Shown: positions 9,389-17,923, counted from the first letter of the stretch. The stretch: 64,000 nt of DNA from Bacillota bacterium (GCA_030024085.1 JASEJE010000015.1:14375-78374); one strand, 5' to 3'. The notes: generated by a model not told the origin, from the sequence alone. A program made the numbers and translations.

Positions 9389-10812
9389 CACGTGTACCTC
9401 TTGACCTGGAACCTGAAGAGCTCCACGTCCTCCTCCGGCGCTATACCGGCCTTGCGCTTTGCAATGGCCACCTGCTCGCGGGCGTCGTCGATCCCCTCGA
9501 GGTCCGGCAGCAGCAGGCCGCTCCTGGCGCCCCTCTTGACGATGACTCCATATACCTTCGGGTCCAGCTCAGCGATGCTGGAGATCTGCTCCGCCGGAGT
9601 CAGCACGTCAACAGAATACGTAAGGTCCTCGAGTTCATCGGGCTCCACAGGCACGAACCTGGGATCTTCGGTGGCGGCCGCGATGGCGTTCCTGATTATC
9701 TCCTCGGCGATGCTGTCTCGCGTGGGGTGAATCGTTCCAATGCATCCCCGGAGCTGCCCGGCTTTCTTGATGGAACAGAAGACCCCCGCACGCCCCCTCA
9801 TCTCTTCCGGCTGGTCCTCCGGGGGATCCACCACGCGACCGTTCCTCGTGTATTCCTCGACCGCCCTGCGCGCGAGACGCACAAGGGCGCTTTCCCCCTC
9901 TCTCGTCTTCAGCATCGCCTTCCGGCGCCTCGCAACCAGTCTCTCCAGGATGGCCCTCTCGCCCGCCCTCTCCCCGGGGCGGAACACCGCGACGGCGTAA
10001 CCCACGCCGAAGGGCCCCTCGTATGAGAGCACCTCGGGCTCGAACCTGCGCCCATCGAGGGTCCCGAGGGCCATGATGAGCGACCTGTATCCGCACTCGC
10101 CCGCGTGTTCCACCAGGCCGTTATCGAGCGCGAGGATCCCCTCCACGTCGCCCGCCCGCACCAGCTCGACTATCCGCGCGTCGAACTCGGCGCCGCGCGG
10201 GTCGTAACCGGACGGCGCGCCGCGAGTGAGCCGGTGCGACATGTCGCCGCTGGCGACGACGACAGCCCTCCGCCCCAGCGTCTCCACAGCCCTCGCTATC
10301 GCCGTGCCGAACATGTACAGCTTCTCGCGGGACAGGAACGCCATCCCCATGACGACCACAGGGACCGTGATCCCCGCCCCGACAACGAAGTGCATCGGGA
10401 CCAGGACCCCGTGGTCCAGTCGGCTGTCCACGTGATATGCACGCCGCTCGCGCTCATCGAGGAGGACCGCAGCCACGCCCATGGCGTCGGCCTGATGCGC
10501 GATCTCACGAGCGAGGGCAAGGTCGTTGTCGAATGAGTAGCCGACTTCGCCCGCCATGAAAAGGGAGAAATCGCCTGAAAGGGGATCGTCAGTGTGGATG
10601 GCGACGGCATCCTCGAAAAGAGGCGCATGGGGGCTGATGACGACCACGACCTCAGGACGGGCGTCCTTCACCATGGCCGCCAGCTTCTTCATGGCATCGG
10701 TCGTCTTGCGCACGGCGCCCAGGTCATGCCCGGCGCCGATCTCCGGGATGAGAAGCGGTGGGTGCGGCGCGAGGGCGCATAGCACCACGTCTCCGCTGCC
10801 TACCTTGCTCAT
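9388..10812 (-). CDS. amrA: AmmeMemoRadiSam protein: LigB/Memo-like domain fused to AMMECR1 domain
   Basis: APHPP, ISPH, LDHG, SGDMSH, YEGPFGVGY; GVFCSIKK.GQLRGCIGT, LLLPDLEG. Confidence 0.9.
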   Translation of the reverse strand: MSKVGSGDVVLCALAPHPPLLIPEIGAGHDLGAVRKTTDAMKKLAAMVKDARPEVVVVISPHAPLFEDAVAIHTDDPLSGDFSLFMAGEVGYSFDNDLALAREIAHQADAMGVAAVLLDERERRAYHVDSRLDHGVLVPMHFVVGAGITVPVVVMGMAFLSREKLYMFGTAIARAVETLGRRAVVVASGDMSHRLTRGAPSGYDPRGAEFDARIVELVRAGDVEGILALDNGLVEHAGECGYRSLIMALGTLDGRRFEPEVLSYEGPFGVGYAVAVFRPGERAGERAILERLVARRRKAMLKTREGESALVRLARRAVEEYTRNGRVVDPPEDQPEEMRGRAGVFCSIKKAGQLRGCIGTIHPTRDSIAEEIIRNAIAAATEDPRFVPVEPDELEDLTYSVDVLTPAEQISSIAELDPKVYGVIVKRGARSGLLLPDLEGIDDAREQVAIAKRKAGIAPEEDVELFRFQVKRYT

Positions 10813-10839
10813 GAGAATCCCCCTCCCCGGGCGCAGGCC

Positions 10840-10984
10840 CTAAGCAGATCGCCACAAATCCGCGCTACTTTTCAGCGCGCGAGTCCTGTCCAGCCACCCA
10901 GATTCTCGACGCCCCGCTCTAGCAAGCACCGGCAACCCCAACACCGTCAGGAAAAGTGGCGCAAACTTATGGCGCTATACTTAG
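10840..10984. mobile_element. MITE-like repeat, copy 2 (internally deleted, 145 bp)
   Basis: Same CTAAG...CTTAG ends and GCACCGGCAACCCCAACACCGTCAG core. Confidence 0.85.
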
Positions 10985-12072
10985 CGTCCGGTAACGACCT
11001 TGTGGACGTACGGCGACGTCATGGCGGCGAGGAGACACCCATAACTCATGGTGAACCTGACCTCGTCTCCCACCCGTATCTCGCGGTCAGCGTCCTCCAC
11101 ATCCAGGATCAGGTGGTCGCTGGACGCCCCAAGCACGTCGATGCCCGACTCGAGCGGCTTGAGGCCCTCCGGGTCGATGTCCTGCCTTCCGCAAGCCAGG
11201 ATGGCCCTCCACCTGATGCCCTTGTCTCTGAACGTGCGCACCTTGCCGAAGGCGTCCTGCCCGATCTCTCCCCGCGGCACCGAAGGCTTCCTCGCCACTT
11301 CGATGGCCTGGGCCGCAAACACGAACGCGTCGAGATGCATGCCGGGAAGAGGCCGTCGGTACGTGACGTCACGGCCCAGGAGCATGGACTCGCCGATACG
11401 AAGCTGGTTTATGCCATGCGGCACCTCGCCGGCCCGGACGAGCGGAATAGAGCTGGAATTGCCGCCTGATATCACCTCGAGGTCAATTCCGAGGTCTCTT
11501 CGGATCCGATCCCGCAAGTGCAAGAGCACGCTCATGTTCTCGTGCGTCGGGATCACCCCGCCATAGCATGCTACGTTTGTCCCGATGCCATGCAGCCTGA
11601 TGCCCTCGACGCGCGCCAGGCGGCCCGCTACATCGGGGGCCGCATCGACCGGCACGCCCTCGCGGAGATCCCCCACGTCCACCATGAGGATGACCCTGTG
11701 CTGGACCCCCCGGGCACGCGCCGCCTCGCCAAGGGCTCTTGCAGTCTCCACCGACGAGATGAGGCTCATGTCGGCCACTCTCACGGCCTCGTCGGCCTCG
11801 CCAAGCATGGGGGCGCGCAAGAGAAGGGTCTCGCAGGAGATGCCGGCCTTACGCATGCGAGCCAGGTTCGCAAGGCGCGAGTCGGCAATCCACCTGACGC
11901 CGCCCCTCAGCATGGCTCTTGCCACCTCGGGGTCGCCGCAGGTCACCTTGGTGACCCCCGCCACCTCGGTGCCGCTCCTCCTGCACATCTCCACGACGAC
12001 CCTGGCGTTCTCCTCGATCTTGTCGAGAGATACCTCCACCCTGGGCGCTACCATGGAAGCTGGGACTGCCAC
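10981..12072 (-). CDS. PLP-dependent alanine/ornithine racemase family protein (Orr-like)
   Basis: GVTKV, ADSRL, MVDVGDLREG, GTNVACYGG, SGGNSS, GASSDH. Confidence 0.88.
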   Translation of the reverse strand: MAVPASMVAPRVEVSLDKIEENARVVVEMCRRSGTEVAGVTKVTCGDPEVARAMLRGGVRWIADSRLANLARMRKAGISCETLLLRAPMLGEADEAVRVADMSLISSVETARALGEAARARGVQHRVILMVDVGDLREGVPVDAAPDVAGRLARVEGIRLHGIGTNVACYGGVIPTHENMSVLLHLRDRIRRDLGIDLEVISGGNSSSIPLVRAGEVPHGINQLRIGESMLLGRDVTYRRPLPGMHLDAFVFAAQAIEVARKPSVPRGEIGQDAFGKVRTFRDKGIRWRAILACGRQDIDPEGLKPLESGIDVLGASSDHLILDVEDADREIRVGDEVRFTMSYGCLLAAMTSPYVHKVVTGR

Positions 12073-12108
12073 GTTCGCATCACCCTCGCCGTCCGGCCCC
12101 TCGCCCGT

Positions 12109-12320
12109 CTAAGTAGATCACCACAGATTCGCGCTATCTTTCAGCGCGCGGGTCCTCTTCAGGGTTGCCGGTGTTGCACGCCGGGGACGGCGCGCTTGCG
12201 GAGCGCCTCGTTAGAATTTGGCGCTTAAGGCTAGCCAAATTCTTGACGCCCCGTCGTGCAGGCACCGGCAACCCCAACACCGCCAGAAAAAGTGTCGCAA
12301 ATTCATGGCGCCATGCTTAG
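12109..12320. mobile_element. MITE-like repeat, copy 3 (full length, 212 bp)
   Basis: CTAAGTAGATC...CCATGCTTAG; aligns end to end with copy 1. Confidence 0.85.
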
Positions 12321-12369
12321 GTCGCCCGACCCGTGCAAGACCCATGTAAATGGATTTCTGAACCCACAC

Positions 12370-13110
12370 TCAGAAGCTCTTGACCTGCCGCCTGTAGTGC
12401 GACACCAGCCAGGCGTTCCTCTCGGCGCTGCCCGGCACGTTCGCGCTGGTGAAGACGGGCGGCTCCTGACCCGTGCCGGCAAGCCTTTCCACCGCCCGCA
12501 CGATGACGTTGTTCAAAATGTACGCGCCGAGTATGGTCGACACAGGGCCCGTCTTGAGGCCCGGGTAGCCGGGCACGTCCACGAGGGCATCCCCGGGAGG
12601 CGCGTGGTTGTCGAGCACGATGTCGGCGATCTCGTAAAGCCGGTATCCCGAGGGATGCCTTGGTCGCGCCGCGGCCGAGGCCTGGCGAGAGGTCAGGGCG
12701 ACGAGGACGAGGCTCCTGGCCCGTGCCTCCAGGGCTATCTCTATGGGCACAGGGTTGATTCCGGAGTTTGAAACGACGATGATGGGCTCGCCTGCGGAGG
12801 TCTCGTGATCGCCCATGATCGCGGCGGCATACCCCGGCAGCCGCTCCAGAATCGTGCTCCTCGCGGCCCCGTTGTGCACCATGAGTCCGGCGTCGAACAT
12901 GGCGTTCACCGGCACAAGGCCGCCTGCGCGATAGAATATCTCCTCCGCGAGCATGTGGGAGTGACCTGCGCCGAAGACGTGGAGCACGCCGCCTGCCGCT
13001 ACCGTCGTCGCGACGGCCTCGGCGGTTTTCTCGATGCCCTCCTGCTCGGCCGAGTCGATCTCATCCATGAGGCGCTTTATCGTGGTGGAATACTCGTCCC
13101 TCAGGCTCAC
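12370..13110 (-). CDS. SIS (sugar isomerase) domain protein
   Basis: FGAGHSH, EEIFYRAGGL, VSNSGIN, GPVST, PPVFTSAN. Confidence 0.88.
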   Translation of the reverse strand: MSLRDEYSTTIKRLMDEIDSAEQEGIEKTAEAVATTVAAGGVLHVFGAGHSHMLAEEIFYRAGGLVPVNAMFDAGLMVHNGAARSTILERLPGYAAAIMGDHETSAGEPIIVVSNSGINPVPIEIALEARARSLVLVALTSRQASAAARPRHPSGYRLYEIADIVLDNHAPPGDALVDVPGYPGLKTGPVSTILGAYILNNVIVRAVERLAGTGQEPPVFTSANVPGSAERNAWLVSHYRRQVKSF

Positions 13111-13213
13111 ACTGCTCTCCCCCTATCTCGTCTCCTGCGAAGGGCCCTCCGTGGACCGGCCGCGTTCGTAAGCCCGCGCCCAGGGCCAGGAGGAGTGTCC
13201 CGGTCCCTACGGT

Positions 13214-13238
13214 ATTCTACACAGGACGAGCATATCCT
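13214..13238 (-). promoter_or_regulatory. Candidate sigma-H promoter for the SIS gene
   Basis: AGGA-N17-GAAT (aaAGGAtatgctcgtcctgtgtaGAAT). Confidence 0.45.
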
Positions 13239-13336
13239 TTTCACGCCATTCATGTTCCCCGCGAAATCAGGGAACACCCTGTGGGATGGGTAGAAGGGCG
13301 GAACAGGGGCAGAGCATTCCAGGCGCAGGGGGACGG

Positions 13337-14638
13337 CTACTTTGCGAACCTCACCAGGTCGAAGTTGGGCTCAAGGGGCTCATCGAGGATGACGTGCCCC
13401 GCGATGGTCACGGCCGAGGCGCCTTCCACGAGGATCTGGACGCGCTCCACCTCGGGCAGCTCAGCCAGGGTGTTGACTATCGAGTAGACTGTGATCTCCT
13501 CGGCCCTGCTCCCTCCCCAGTGGCTCGACGCAAGCTCCCGGCTGAAATCCACGTAGGCCACTCCGTCTGCGATGCGAAGCGCCCTCAGCCGCGTTCCCTT
13601 CGGGATCGTGGGACACAGCACACTCCCGCCTGCGGGCCCCTTGAGAAGCTCGGCAACGATCTTCGAGGCCCGCTCCTCGGGCGAGGCGGCCTCCGCTATG
13701 CCCGCAGTCTTGCGTATCTCGGGCAGGAGGTCGTCGTCGAAGTTGGTGGGGCCGGCGAAGTAGAGTATGACCTCGTCATCGGCCGGGTTGAGGGCTGCGC
13801 GCACCTTCGACCTCAGCACTGATTCAGCCCCGTCATGGGGTGGCCCCTCGGTCCGCAAGTCTGACACGGGCTCCGCCCCCGCCCGCTGTCCCTCGGCGCC
13901 CCTGCGCCGCTTGTATGACTCCACGAGGTAGTTCACGGTGCCATGGAAGATCGCCTCGGCCACCCGCCTCCGATAGTCAGGCTGGGCAAGAAGCGACTCC
14001 TCTCGCGGGTTTGAAAGGAAACCCGCCTCCACGATGACTGCAGGCATCTTCGATTTCCTGAGCACGAAGTAGTCGTCGCCCGGCTTGGCCTTCCGCAGGT
14101 TCGGACCGAGGCGGGCCACGAGCTCCTTCTGGATGGCCTGCGCAAGGGCCTTGCTCTCCTCGGACTTGCTGTGATAGAACGTCTGCGCCCCCGACCAGAC
14201 AGGCTCGGGGAAGCTATTCGCGTGGACGCTGATGTAAAGGTCGGCCCCGCTCCGGGCGCCAAGGTCCACCCTGCTCTCCAGGTCCAGGCGCTTGCGCTGC
14301 ATGGGGCCGAGGGATCCGTCCCCGGCCAGGTCCTCGTCCTCGTCCCTTGTCATGACGGTGTACACCGCTACGCGGTTGAACAGGCCTGCAAGGTGGCGTC
14401 CGATGTCCAGCACCACATCTTTCTCGGCAAGCCCCGAGCGGCCGCGCGCTCCGCAATCGTCCCCGCCATGCCCCGGGTCTATGACTATGACCTTCCCGCA
14501 TACGGCGTCTGAAAGCGGGGCGCTCACCCTCACAGCGGCGCGGGCAAGCACGAGCAACATGACCACCACCGCCCCTATAGCAGCGGTGGTCACCAGCCAC
14601 GCTCTGGGCGTCCAGACAACCACCACGGGCCGTTTCAA
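13337..14638 (-). CDS. N-acetylmuramoyl-L-alanine amidase (CwlD-like) fused to a C-terminal GerMN domain
   Basis: N-terminal TM; IDPGHGG, EKD, ISVHANS, WSGAQTFY, VEAGFLSN; GerMN motifs ELLKGP, AYVDFS, YSIVNTL, VQILVEG; start codon uncertain. Confidence 0.85.
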   Translation of the reverse strand: MKRPVVVVWTPRAWLVTTAAIGAVVVMLLVLARAAVRVSAPLSDAVCGKVIVIDPGHGGDDCGARGRSGLAEKDVVLDIGRHLAGLFNRVAVYTVMTRDEDEDLAGDGSLGPMQRKRLDLESRVDLGARSGADLYISVHANSFPEPVWSGAQTFYHSKSEESKALAQAIQKELVARLGPNLRKAKPGDDYFVLRKSKMPAVIVEAGFLSNPREESLLAQPDYRRRVAEAIFHGTVNYLVESYKRRRGAEGQRAGAEPVSDLRTEGPPHDGAESVLRSKVRAALNPADDEVILYFAGPTNFDDDLLPEIRKTAGIAEAASPEERASKIVAELLKGPAGGSVLCPTIPKGTRLRALRIADGVAYVDFSRELASSHWGGSRAEEITVYSIVNTLAELPEVERVQILVEGASAVTIAGHVILDEPLEPNFDLVRFAK

Positions 14639-14764
14639 CAGGGCTTCACCCTCTGTGACGAGCATCCCGGCGCATGGCGCGCCGTCGCCCGCTGCCCGGC
14701 ACCCTGCACCCAACACAGCATGCGGCGCCCGGCACGCGGCTCTGACGCGCCCCGCTCGCTACCA

Positions 14765-14793
14765 GAGTTATGCATGCCCGCAGTGAAAAATGC
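14765..14793 (-). promoter_or_regulatory. Possible sigma-E-type sporulation promoter for the cwlD-like gene
   Basis: GCATTTT-N14-CATAACTC resembles the sigma-E consensus spacing. Confidence 0.3.
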
Positions 14794-14831
14794 CCTTCAC
14801 GAAGGCGCAAGAGCCGCGCCGGGCCTCTGCG

Positions 14832-15461
14832 CTACGGCCCGGCGCTCCCATGCGTGGCGTCGTGTCCAGCTATGCCTTCCATGACGCGATAGCCGCCCCC
14901 CTTCTCCACCTCACGCGCCGTCGGGAATACCTCGGCCAGCTTGCGAAGGAGGCTCTTCGCCCCCTGCTTCGTCTGGGCGACCAGGACCAGCCTCCCTCCG
15001 GGCTCGAGGTGCCTGGCGGCCTCCTCGATGAGTTCGAACAGGACTCGCTTGCCGGCCCGGATGGGCGGGTTGGACAGGACGAGGTCGAACCTCATGCCTT
15101 CCACCGGCCGAAACCCGGCGCCACATCGCACCTCCACATTGGTGACCCCGTTTTGCGCGGCGTTTCTCCGGGCAAGCTCACACGCCCGCTCGTTCACGTC
15201 CACCATGTATACCCGGCATGTCGGACACGCGAGGGCGGCGGCGATGCCGATGGGCCCGTAGCCGCAGCCGAGGTCGAGCACGACCGCGCCCTCGGAGACC
15301 TCCATAGCGCCTATGAGTAGCTGGGTTCCACGGTCCAGTTTACCCCTGGCGAAAACCCCAGCATCTGTCACAAACCGTAAACGCCGTCTCTTGATGTCGA
15401 CGACTATCTCCTTCTCGGCGCGGGGCGAGGTCGGCGTCTCCGTGAAGTAGTGCTCTCCCAG
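14832..15461 (-). CDS. Class I SAM methyltransferase, RsmC/YbxB family (probable CTG start)
   Basis: EHYFT N-terminus, TDAGVF, LDLGCGYG, SNPPIRAGK, KQGAKS. Confidence 0.88.
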   Translation of the reverse strand: MGEHYFTETPTSPRAEKEIVVDIKRRRLRFVTDAGVFARGKLDRGTQLLIGAMEVSEGAVVLDLGCGYGPIGIAAALACPTCRVYMVDVNERACELARRNAAQNGVTNVEVRCGAGFRPVEGMRFDLVLSNPPIRAGKRVLFELIEEAARHLEPGGRLVLVAQTKQGAKSLLRKLAEVFPTAREVEKGGGYRVMEGIAGHDATHGSAGP

Positions 15462-16297
15462 TATCGGAAGTCACCCCCCACGCCATGGCGCATGATTCGT
15501 GTGAGCACCGGCATCCGCGCCTTGAAGCGCGTCGCCGCAACGCGCGCCTTTACAGCGTCGATGAACTCCGGGTCAAACCCCATGGCGACAAGCTCCGGCT
15601 TCTTCTTTCTCTCATCGATCATCAGGCAGAGAAGCTTGTCCACATCATCGTAGCTGAAGCCGAGCTCCTCCTCGTCGGTCTGGCCTATCCACAGGTCTGC
15701 ACTCGGCGGCTTTGCAATGATCCCCGGCGGCACCCCGAGGTGGCGGGCAAGCGCCCGGACCTGCGTCTTATAGAGATCGCCTATCGGATCGAAGGCGAAC
15801 GCCAGGTCCCCGTGGAGCGTGCCGTAACCCAGGAGAAGCTCGGTCTTGTTGCTCGTCCCTGCCACAAGCCCCCGCTTCACTGCGGAGAGGTCATAGATGG
15901 CGGCCATCCTCTCACGGGCTATCCTGTTGCCGCGCCTGAGCCTGTCTGCGTCCGGCTCGGCCTCGGGTGGCAGCGCCGCAAAGTAAGCGTCGACCGGGCC
16001 CGTGATGTCCATGACGCAATGGTCGATTCCCAGGATGGTAGCAACCTCCCTTGCGTCGGCGAGGCTCGCAGGGTCCGACGTGCGGTAGGGAAGCATCGCA
16101 CCGAACACGTTCTCCGGGCCGAGTGCGCGGACGCACAGGTATGCGACGACTGAGGAGTCGAGTCCCCCGGATAGGTTGATGACCGCCTTTCTGTAGCCTG
16201 CGAGAGCTACCTGCACCCGCACGAACTCCACGAGGGCCGCCTGGACCTCCTCCAGGTCCAGCTCGAGCCCTGGCACCTTGATAGATTCGTACTGCAC
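15404..16297 (-). CDS. nadE: NH3-dependent NAD+ synthetase
   Basis: LSGGLDSS, GTSNKTE, GYGTLHGD, DLYKTQV, PSADLW.GQTDE; start uncertain (16297 or 16342). Confidence 0.93.
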   Translation of the reverse strand: MQYESIKVPGLELDLEEVQAALVEFVRVQVALAGYRKAVINLSGGLDSSVVAYLCVRALGPENVFGAMLPYRTSDPASLADAREVATILGIDHCVMDITGPVDAYFAALPPEAEPDADRLRRGNRIARERMAAIYDLSAVKRGLVAGTSNKTELLLGYGTLHGDLAFAFDPIGDLYKTQVRALARHLGVPPGIIAKPPSADLWIGQTDEEELGFSYDDVDKLLCLMIDERKKKPELVAMGFDPEFIDAVKARVAATRFKARMPVLTRIMRHGVGGDFRYWESTTSRRRRPRPAPRRR

Positions 16298-16354
16298 CGG
16301 TTTTCTAGAACCTCCCCATGCAAATGCCTCTGGTCTGGCCAAGTGTGGGAACAG

Positions 16355-16533
16355 AGATCACCGCCGCTTTTCCAGGGGTTGCAGGTGTTGCACTCCGGGG
16401 ACGGCGCGTGCGGTGAGCCTCGTTCGAATTTGGCGCTTAAGGCTAGCCAAATTCCAGGCGCCCCGCCCTAGCAAGCACCGGCAACCCCAGCACCGTCAGG
16501 GAAGATGGCGCAAACTTATGGCGCCATACCTAG
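16355..16533. mobile_element. MITE-like repeat, copy 4 (left end degraded)
   Basis: Near-identical core and right end (GGCGCCATACCTAG). Confidence 0.8.
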
Positions 16534-16557
16534 TGTGCGCAGGATGGGCCGTTACCG

Positions 16558-17349
16558 CTACTTGCCGGTGAACTCGGGCTTGCGCTTCTCGATGAACGCC
16601 TGCACCCCTTCGCGCATGTCCTCCGTGGCGCACGCGTCTCCGAACCAGCGCGCCTCGATCTCTAGGCCCTCCTCGACACCCGCCCCCAGGCCCTCGTTGA
16701 TCGCCATCTTCGCCAGGCGCACGGCAACGGGGGCCTTCGATGCTATGGTGCCCGCAAGGTCGAGGCAGGCATCCATGAGGCGCGCGTGCGGCACCACTGT
16801 GTTCACGAGGCCGATGGCAAGAGCCTCCCGCGCGTCGATGACCCTGCCTGTAAAGAGCAGTTCCTTCGCGACGGCCGGGCCGACGAGCCTGGCAAGGCGC
16901 TGTGTTCCGCCGTACCCCGGGATGAGGCCGAGGTTCACCTCGGGCTGGCCGAACTTCGCAGCATCCGAGGCGATGCGGATGTCACACGCCATGGCAAGCT
17001 CACACCCGCCCCCGAGGCAGAGGCCGTTCACCGCGGCGATGACCGGCCGCGGAAACGCCGCGATCCTGTTCAACACCGCTTGACCCCGTCTCGACATGTC
17101 CACGCCGGCCTCGCGCGTGAGCCCCGGAAACTCCTTGATGTCGGCTCCCGCCACGAACGCGCGGTCTCCGGCCCCCGTAAGGATGACAGCCCGCAATGCC
17201 GGGTCCCCGGCAAGCTGCGCGAAGGCCTGCCCGATCTCGCCCACGGTCTGGAAGTTGAGTGCGTTCACAGGAGGCCGATCGATGGTCACGATCGCTATCT
17301 CCTTGTCCCAGCGCGCCTTCACAAACTCCAACTCCAACTCCAGCTCCAC
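16558..17349 (-). CDS. Enoyl-CoA hydratase/crotonase family protein
   Basis: AFVAGADI, LGGGCELAMACD, GQPEVNLG..PGYGGTQRL. Confidence 0.93.
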   Translation of the reverse strand: MELELELEFVKARWDKEIAIVTIDRPPVNALNFQTVGEIGQAFAQLAGDPALRAVILTGAGDRAFVAGADIKEFPGLTREAGVDMSRRGQAVLNRIAAFPRPVIAAVNGLCLGGGCELAMACDIRIASDAAKFGQPEVNLGLIPGYGGTQRLARLVGPAVAKELLFTGRVIDAREALAIGLVNTVVPHARLMDACLDLAGTIASKAPVAVRLAKMAINEGLGAGVEEGLEIEARWFGDACATEDMREGVQAFIEKRKPEFTGK

Positions 17350-17395
17350 GTCGGACACCTCCCTCGGCGCGTGAGCGCCTCCTCGCGGTCGCATC

Positions 17396-17923
17396 TCACA
17401 TCTTGCTGCGCCGCGATATCTCCTTTATGGGTGAGAGTCTCGTCACGCCGACCTCCGTCTCTATGGCGCAGGCAAGGCCGAAAGTGCCATCAGGGACTAC
17501 GAAGGCGAACTTGCCCGAGACGCTCCGGCCCGGGTTCACCTGGCGCATCCAGAGGGACTCCTGGCGGTTTACGTAGTACACGCTCGTGCCGCTGGGGAGG
17601 AACACCTGCCCCCGCCTGTCCACAAGTCGCAGGTCCTGGCAGAGGACGACGACGGGGGAGCGGTTCCGGATCTCCATGTCCACTATGAGGAGATCAGGTC
17701 CCCAGAACTCCGCGCTCCTCACGGTCACCTGAAGGGTGCGCCGCAGGCATAGAAGATCCCACAGTATCCTCGCGCGCTCGAGAAACTCGGGCGCGCCGGG
17801 AACGAGCGCGGGTTGCCTGATCACGACGACTCCTGCCACGATGCATGCGGCAACAAGCCACTGCGCCGCGGTCACGAAAACGCGTCGTCGCCGCCTGGCC
17901 CTTCTCGGCACGTACCTCCGCAA
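17396..17923 (-). CDS. Membrane-anchored hypothetical protein (DUF4352-like Ig fold)
   Basis: Basic N-terminus plus TM; LVDRRGQVF, VNPGRSVSGKFAFVVP pattern; GGAGG RBS. Confidence 0.6.
   Translation of the reverse strand: MRRYVPRRARRRRRVFVTAAQWLVAACIVAGVVVIRQPALVPGAPEFLERARILWDLLCLRRTLQVTVRSAEFWGPDLLIVDMEIRNRSPVVVLCQDLRLVDRRGQVFLPSGTSVYYVNRQESLWMRQVNPGRSVSGKFAFVVPDGTFGLACAIETEVGVTRLSPIKEISRRSKM

Noticed and set aside
8330-10812. AmmeMemoRadiSam locus as a novel system
   Set aside because: Already a described, widespread gene cluster; the Memo-AMMECR1 fusion is common in clostridia
4295-16533. Repeats as a CRISPR array
   Set aside because: Units are 145-212 bp, dispersed and separated by whole genes; no cas genes or regular spacers
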